The translations under genes and the position numbers were made by a program. Shown here piece by piece: positions 54,212 through 64,000 of a stretch of 64,000 nucleotides of DNA. Source of the DNA: Eledone cirrhosa (lineage: Eukaryota); contig OZ024756.1 in assembly GCA_964016885.1 (NCBI GenBank), forward strand, positions 2,790,001-2,854,000, written 5' to 3'. Below the pieces are notes generated by a model, which saw only the letters and a list, made by a program, of their open reading frames with translations, ran no database searches and was not told where the DNA came from. The first letter of the stretch is position 1; the number at the start of each line of letters is the position of its first letter.

Positions 54212-55777
<1,566 letters not shown>

Positions 55778-55901
55778 AGGATTTTATCAGCAGAGTACTC
55801 CATACTTAAGATAGTAGAGTGTAAATATTCTAGTCTAGAATTTGCTGTCGAAACGGCAAGAGCTCAGCCGGTGAGCCTCGGCTCCTTAATATATATACAT
55901 T

Positions 55902-55938
<37 letters not shown>

Positions 55939-56074
55939 TAGTAGAAGCGCAATTAGATTGTGTTCACAGGCGGTGTGCCAAGATGAACACTGGATGCTAT
56001 TGGGGAGCAGAGTATCAATAATTGTAATAAATAGCGAACAAAGAATCAGTGTTGCATCATATATATATTTAATT

Positions 56075-56168
56075 ATATATTACATATGTTTCACTGCCAA
56101 TCAGCTCGAGGAATGATCGAATTATGTTCGTACCTGACTCTGGAATCGGAAGCTCCTCAGATATGTGT
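56075..56168 (-). ncRNA. Type I hammerhead ribozyme with a long stem II, family G
   Basis: ATAT-CTGAGGA-GCTtCCGATT...GATTGGcAGT-GAAA-CATATG-TA-ATAT. An inverted partial arm lies at 56188-56222. Confidence 0.7.
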
Positions 56169-57133
56169 TCTCATATGTAGACTCACGTACAGCTGATCCG
56201 CAGTGAAACATGTAATCTACTTATATATATAACCAGCAATTTCTCTGTCTGTCTGCCCGACAGTGGAAACACGTGCGTAGAGAGAGAGTAAGAGTGAAAG
56301 AAAGAGACAGACTACGAGAGGGGGATAGCGGGAGGGAGAGAGGGAGATAGAGAGAGTGAATAGACGCTAAAACACGTGCTACAGAAATATTACCTTCCCC
56401 TTTCTTTATAGAAACATTACATTCCCCTCTCCACTGACTTTGGTCACTGAGGCCGAGGGAATCGTTGGTTGATATAGAGACACCTTGCACAAGCCAGAAG
56501 TAACCAGTTCGAGGCGGTTCTGACTTGACACCATGCGAAGAAGTTTGTCATTGAATTTGTGGTTGTTGCTGCTGATAATAAGGACCATTTGAAGAAGGTT
56601 GCTGCTGATGAGGTAATTTATTAATCAGATTGCGCAGTTCCATAACCTACGTTTGATTTGTTCAATTTTTTTCTTCAATTTTTGTTGTTGTTATTTTTTT
56701 ATTTCTTATTGAAAAAATATAAATAATAAAATAAGGTTAGAAATTTAAATACAATTAAATACGATTTAATTTCCATTTCCAGCAGCCAATGTCCAGTGTT
56801 CAATTTCATAAAAAAATTGGAAATAATTCAAAAAATTGAAGTTTAACTTTTGAACATTTGTTTTGACAATAAAAAAATATTTCCTTATTCTAATTTCATA
56901 GGAATATTTTTTTCTAACCGCCAGTTATTTATTTTCTCCTTTTTCGTTTTAATATATATTTATTTCAAAGATTTCACCGTATAGATAACATATATATTTA
57001 TACATGCATAAAAGACAAACCGAGAGACGGTGAACATGTGGTGCCGAAAAATTTCTCATCCAAATCTCAACAATATTAGTATATACACTAGATTTGCTAG
57101 CAGAAAACCGCCCACCGGGTGGTTTTCTGCTAG

Positions 57134-58317
<1,184 letters not shown>

Positions 58318-58360
58318 TATGTAATTAAATATGTATACGATGTAATACTGTTTTTTGTTT

Positions 58361-58403
<43 letters not shown>

Positions 58404-58405
<2 letters not shown>

Positions 58406-59238
58406 TTTTCTCAACCTGATTAGTTCTATCCTTACTTTGGTATGTATTGTGTGTTAGTTTCGCCTACCACAATGTTCGATTTGTCAAGCTATTTAAACGT
58501 ATGTTATTACTCTGAGGTCCTATCTTATCGAGTGCTTTGCTAACTCATCATTTCATATAAGTAGGCCGAATTTACTTGCAAACCGCCAGAGATTCGATTT
58601 TACTGATTTCCAATTATATTACTCTCCTAGATTTAATAATTAACTAATTAATTTAATTAGACAATTCTGTTGATTGGTTAATTATTTGTGTTTGTTTTAT
58701 AACATCTAGTTGAGAGCTTATAATAATGATTAGCGGAAATTAAAATATTTCCTTTCGCTAGCATTTTGAATGACCCGCCTAAAACCGGGTGTTATTTTCC
58801 TTGCCAGAATTAACACGTGATAACTATAGATGCGATTAGCAGCCATATCGAGCAGCAACAAATAATTTATCACTCCGGTCCTAGACAGAACGAAAACCTG
58901 TTGATAAACTGAATCCTCCGTTCGATCACCAATACCATGAGCTTGCCATTTACGTAAGTCTGATATTTGATTTCGGATTCAAAGAAACACTTTAAACGAT
59001 TGTTCGTTTGATTTGTCCAGGTGTACTTTTCTCAACCTGATTAGTTCTATCGTTACTTTGGTATGTATTGTGTGTTAGTTTCGCCTACCACAATGTTCGA
59101 TTTGTCAAGCTATTTAAACGTATGTTATTACTCTGAGGTCCTATCTTATCGAGTGCTTTGCTAACTTATCATTTCATATAAGTAGGCCGAATTTACTTGC
59201 AAACCGCCAGAGATTCGATTTTACTCATTTCCAATTAT
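58404..59238 (+). mobile_element. (TA)n-flanked element with ~215-bp terminal direct repeats (unit 620 bp)
   Basis: 58404-58618 is repeated at 59024-59238. Confidence 0.8.
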
Positions 59239-59247
59239 ATATATATA

Positions 59248-60007
59248 TATAAACAATTAAGTTAAAAATGTACATCCACACATGTATACTGAAATACTAG
59301 TATGCATATGAATACACACACGTATACACATGTAGATGTACCAAGTCTTTCACTGGTCACCTCACTGTGAGTGTCCAGCCATTCTGTATGCAAACACACA
59401 GACAAACCGGTTTTTAGAGTCACACTGGTCCTTCAGGAAACACCTTTCCTCTATTCTCCAGAAAGCCAGACATTGTTTAGGCGTCAGTCATGCAGGGGTG
59501 AGTTACAAACGAAGCGAAATTTAATTTCGTTTCGTTATTTGTTTTTATCGTCTCCGTTGAACCGGTACGTACTCACACTCTATGCAAATTGGTCTGCCCA
59601 CTACTAATTTTCATAGAGAAAGCGTAAAACGATATGTGCTTTTACGATTCTCCAGAAAGGCCGGTAGATAGGTAAATATTGCTGATGAGTTGTAACAACA
59701 ACGAAACTAGTTCAATATTCCTTGTCTGGCTTTCTGGAGAATAGAGGAAAGGTGTTTCCTCAAGGACCAGTGTGACTCTAAAAACCGGTTTGTCTGTGTG
59801 TTTGCATACAGAATGGCTGGACACTCACAGTGAGGTGACCAGTGAAAGACTTGGTACATCTACATGTGTATACGTGTGTGTATTCATATGCATACTAGTA
59901 TTTCAGTATACATGTGTGGATGTACATTTTTAACTTAATTGTTTAGGCGTCAGTCATGCAGGGGTGAGTTACAAACGAAGCGAAATTTAATTTCGTTTGG
60001 TTATTTG

Positions 60008-60014
<7 letters not shown>
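59248..60014 (+). mobile_element. Family M element: inverted arm plus a permuted tandem unit
   Basis: 59250-59472 is the reverse complement of 59722-59944. 59473-59547 is repeated at 59939-60013. Confidence 0.88.
59675..59719 (+). ncRNA. Minimal type I hammerhead ribozyme
   Basis: AATATTG-CTGATGA-GTTG-TAACAA-CAAC-GAAA-CTAG-TT-CAATATT. Confidence 0.88.
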
Positions 60015-60042
<28 letters not shown>

Positions 60043-60044
<2 letters not shown>

Positions 60045-60143
60045 CGAAGGAAATGTGGTAAGGAACCAGGTGGACCATAACGCACCAAAGTACTCAATAC
60101 TTGGGGTAGTAGAGTGGGTAATAGAAACCAGTAAGACCCCAAT
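60043..60143 (-). mobile_element. Family F1 3' segment
   Basis: Homologous to 25-80. The minus strand begins at GGGGTCTTACT. Confidence 0.7.
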
Positions 60144-60411
60144 ATATATATATATATAAATGAGAGGTATAGAGATTGTTTTAGCAAGAAGCTAACGGCA
60201 TTCTATAACATATATGCGACTATAACGTCAAGATGGGAAAAGTAGTTAACGAAAGATTTAGGAAAAATAACTCAAACTCATCTCAAAAGAGAATCAGGAT
60301 ATAAATTCATCCACAGAATTTAGTAAAATCCAGGGAAAAATCTATAGACCTTTAACTCATGATAAAATAAAGTTTGAAACACTTATCCTTCAATTTGGAA
60401 TAACATCAAAT

Positions 60412-60492
60412 GCTCTGTATAGTCTTAAAAGACTATTTCATGAAAACTTTCAGTGGAGATGGTCACGGTTGGATTTCATTCATCAGCAGAGC
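60412..60492 (-). ncRNA. Type I hammerhead ribozyme, family J (element ~60160-60505)
   Basis: GCTCTG-CTGATGA-ATGA...TCAT-GAAA-TAGTCTT-TT-AAGACTA-TA-CAGAGC. Confidence 0.9.
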
Positions 60493-60585
60493 TCAACAGA
60501 AACCAGGGCTCTTACATGTCTATCATGGAAATATATATAGCAGTAAATAAAGGATTATGTGTTCATGCAATTGACTTATGTTTCG

Positions 60586-60652
<67 letters not shown>

Positions 60653-60839
60653 AAATCTGTGAGATCCTTGGTACAGTTAGGTTTATTTGAAAAAAAAAAG
60701 GAAAATAATGACTTCACTTGTAGTTCTAAATAATTTGATTTAATTTTATATAATATTATAAAATTAAATCAATTTGTTTAGAACTACCAGTGAAGTCATT
60801 CTTTTCCTTTTTTTCAAATATATATATATATAGACAAAG

Positions 60840-60874
<35 letters not shown>

Positions 60875-60888
60875 CATGCAGTTTACTT

Positions 60889-60946
<58 letters not shown>

Positions 60947-60987
60947 CGAAACATAAGTCAATTGCATGAACACATAATCCTTTATTT

Positions 60988-61043
60988 ACTGCTATATATA
61001 TTTCCATGATAGACATTGAATGGCTATGACCTCATCAGGCAGT
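60988..61043 (-). ncRNA. Hammerhead motif with a weakened stem II
   Basis: ACTGC-CTGATGA-...ATAG...CTAT...-GAAA-TATATA-TA-GCAGT. An inverted 3' half lies at 60516-60590. Confidence 0.6.
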
Positions 61044-61529
61044 TAATCAGTTCTTAGATATGCCAGCTCTGTGTTTATAGTGTTGATGGTATCAGAGCCT
61101 TGGGATATATATATAGAGAGAAAGTAAAATGTACGTTAAATTATAACTGTTCAGGTAAACCACAAGTTGATCAGATAGACTACATGCTGAACTATATATG
61201 GCCGGGTAAACTGTATACTAAAATATAATTGGCCAGATAGACGGCAGGCTAAAACGTCATTAACTCTAGAACAGCTTATGACTGAGCTCCCCTATGGCCA
61301 AAGACATTCCATTCGTGGCCAACTCATTTTTTAAAGTCAGAAATAGTGTATCTAGGTCTACATTATTCCACGTATGTCTTTTCTTTTTATAAGACAGTAC
61401 AGTGATATTTGAGTTAGATTAAGGTACTATTTCTAGCAGTCAAACTGCCACCTATATGACCCTATCAGTGTTGTGACTCAATGTAATTCTCAGTTGTTCT
61501 TGCTTTAATGGTCAGAGTTGATATTATTA

Positions 61530-61713
61530 TGGATTGGCAGTATAGGTAGAGTGTTGGACGCCATGCTTTGACTCATAGAGTTACGGCCCTTGCCATTCTG
61601 AGTTCAAATCCCGCCGAGGTTAACGTTGCCATTCATCCTTACGGGGTCGATAAAATAAAGTACCAGTAATGCACTGGGTGTTTGCTGGCCTTGTGCCAAT
61701 AGTAGAAACAATT
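61530..61713 (+). mobile_element. S1 SINE, full length
   Basis: GGATTGGCAGTATAGGTAGAG...GAGTTCAAATCCC...TTCATCCTTACGGGGTCGATAAAATAAAGTACCAG. Confidence 0.88.
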
Positions 61714-61729
61714 GTTGTTTATATCATTG

Positions 61730-61910
61730 ATAATGTTGTTATTATTGTTGTTACTGTTGTTGTTGTAGGTGTTGTTGTTGTTGTTAGTGTTGTTGTTGTT
61801 GCTGCTGTTGTTGTTAGTGTTGTTGTTGCTGCTGTTGTTGTTAGTGTTGTTGTTGCTGCTGCTGTTATTATTGCTGCAGTTGTTGTTGCAGCTGCTGTTT
61901 TTATTGCTGC

Positions 61911-61948
<38 letters not shown>

Positions 61949-62215
61949 CTGTTGTTGCTGTTGTTGTTGGCGTAGTTGTTGTTGTTGCTGTTACTGTTGT
62001 TATTGCTGTTGTTGTTACTGTTGTTGCTGTTGTTGTTGGCGTAGTTGTTGTTGTTGCTGTTACTGTTGTTATTGCTGTTGTTGTTACTGTTGTTGCTGTT
62101 GTTGTTACTGTTGTTATTGCTGTTGTTGCAGCTATTATTGCTTTTGTTATTGTTGTTGTTATTGCTGTTATTTCTGTGCCGTTGTTATTTTTATTGCTGT
62201 TATTGCTGTTGTTGT
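61730..62215. repeat. (GTT/GCT)n trinucleotide tract
   Basis: Direct inspection. Confidence 0.92.
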
Positions 62216-64000
62216 TAGTCATCGTGGCTATAGTTACAGTTGTTAGTCAGCGTGGCTGTAGTTACAGTTGTTAGTCAGTGAAGCTGTAGTTACAGTTGTT
62301 AGTCAGCGAGGCTATAGATACAGTTGTTAATCAGTGAAGCTGTAGATACAGTTGTTAGTCAGTGAAGCTGTAGTTACAGTTGTTAGTCAGCGTGGCTGTA
62401 GTTACAGTTGTTAGTCAGCGTGGCTGTACTTACAGTTGTTAGTCAGCGAGGCTGTAGTTACAGTTGTTAGTCAACGTGGCTATAGTTACAGTTGTTAGTC
62501 AGCGAAGCTGTAGCTACAGTTGTTAGTCAGCGTGGCTAAAGTTACAGTTGTTAGTCACCGTGGCTGTAGTTATAGTTGTTAGTCAGCGAGGCTGCAGTTA
62601 CAGTTGTTAGTCAGCGTGGCTATAGTTACAGTTGTTAGTCAACGTGGCTGTAGTTACAGTTGTTAGTCAGTGAAGCTGTAGTTCAAGTTGTTAGTTAGCG
62701 TTGCTGTAGTTACAGTTGTTAGTCAGCGTGGCTGTAGTTACAGTTGTTAGTCAGTGAAGCTGTAGATACAGTTGTTAGTCAGTGAAGCTGTAGTTCCAGT
62801 TGTTAGTTAGCGTGGCTGTAGTTACAGTTGTTAGTCAGCGTGGCTATAGTTACAGTTGTTAGTCAGCGTGGCTGTAGTTACAGTTGTTAGTCAGTGAAGC
62901 TGTTAGTTAGCGTGGCTGTAGTTACAGTTGTTAGTCAGCGAGGCTATAGTTACAGTTGTTAGTCAGTGAAGCTGTAGTTACAGTTGTTAGTCAGTGAAGC
63001 TGTAGTTACAGTTGTTAGTCAGTGAAGCTGTAGTTACAGTTGTTAGTCAGCGAAGCTGTAGTTGCAGTTGTTAGTCAGAGTGGCTATAGTTACAGTTGTT
63101 AGGCAGCGAGGCTATAGTTATAGTTGTTAGTCAGCGTGGCTAGAGTTACAGTTGTTAGTCAGCGAGGCTATAGTTACAGTTGTTAGTCAGCGAAGCTGTA
63201 GTTACAGTTGTTAGTCAGCGAGGCTATAGTTACAGTTTTTAGTCAGCGAGGCTATAGATAAAGTTGTTAGTCAGCGAGGCTATAGTTACAGTTGTTAGTC
63301 AGCGAGGCTATATATACAGTTGTTAGTCAGCGAGGCTATAGTTACAGTTGTTAGTCAGCGAGGCTATAGATACAGTTGTTAGTCAGTGAAGCTGTAGTTA
63401 CAGTTGTTAGTCAGCGAGGCTATAGATACAGTTGTTAGTCAGTGAAGCTGTAGTTACAGTTGTTAGTCAGCGAGGCTATAGTTACAGTTTTTAGTCAGCG
63501 TGGCTATAGTTACCATTGTTAGTCAGCGTGGCTATAGTTACAGTTGTTAGTCAGCATGGCTGTAGTTACAGTTGTTAATCAGCGTGAATATAGTTACAGT
63601 TGTTAGTCGGCGTGGCTATAGTTACAGTTGTTAGTCAGTGGAGCTGTACCTACAGTTGTTAGTCAGCGAGGCTATAGTTACAGTTGTTAGTCAATGTGGC
63701 TATAGTTACAGTTGTTAGTCAGTGAAGCTGTAATTACAGTTGTTAGTCAGCGAGCTGTAGTTACAATTGTTAGTCAGCGAGGCTGTAGTTACAGTTGTTA
63801 GTCAGCGTGGCTATAGATACAGTTGTTAGTCAGTGAAGCTGTAATTACAGTTGTTAGTCAGCATGGCTGTAGTTACAGTTGTTAATCAGCGTGGCTGTAG
63901 TTACAGTTGTTAGTCAGTGAAGCTGTAATTACAGTTGTTAGTCAGCAAAGCTGGAGTTGCAGATGTTAGTCAGCGAGGCTATCGTTACAGTTGTTAGTCA
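62215..64000. repeat. 28-bp minisatellite GTTAGTCAGCGTGGCTGTAGTTACAGTT, more than 60 copies, running off the window
   Basis: Period 28 (62242, 62270 and onward). Confidence 0.97.

Noticed and set aside
56605-56612. CTGATGAG
   Set aside because: No downstream stem II plus GAAA.

Overview
This is eukaryotic, repeat-dominated DNA with no recognisable host protein-coding gene. The SINE and microsatellite landscape resembles octopus/cephalopod genomes, which is an inference. Nearly all ORFs in the track are translations of (TA)n, (CA)n or (CT)n microsatellites. The real coding content is one apparently full-length Tx1/L1-clade LINE (about 22355-28060; ORF1 with a CCHC knuckle, ORF2 APE-RT-zinc finger), a 3' fragment of a related copy, and decayed RTE and R4/Dong pieces. 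Also present are two tRNA-derived SINE families, Helitron-type non-autonomous elements and several mini/satellites. The main unexplained signal is a dense population of short non-coding elements inserted mostly in (TA)n. They come from at least 10 sequence-unrelated families and carry about 25 intact or decayed type I hammerhead ribozyme motifs, many with a palindromic stem III. They show covarying stems, one U3-A8 core variant, tail-to-tail inverted arms or partial tandem units of about 470-730 bp, and a shared 3' bulged hairpin (ACTC...GAGTGCTT). The best interpretation is a Penelope-like (Naiad-type) or retrozyme-like system of small self-cleaving retroelements. All RNA folds were read by eye, and coordinates may be off by a few bases.
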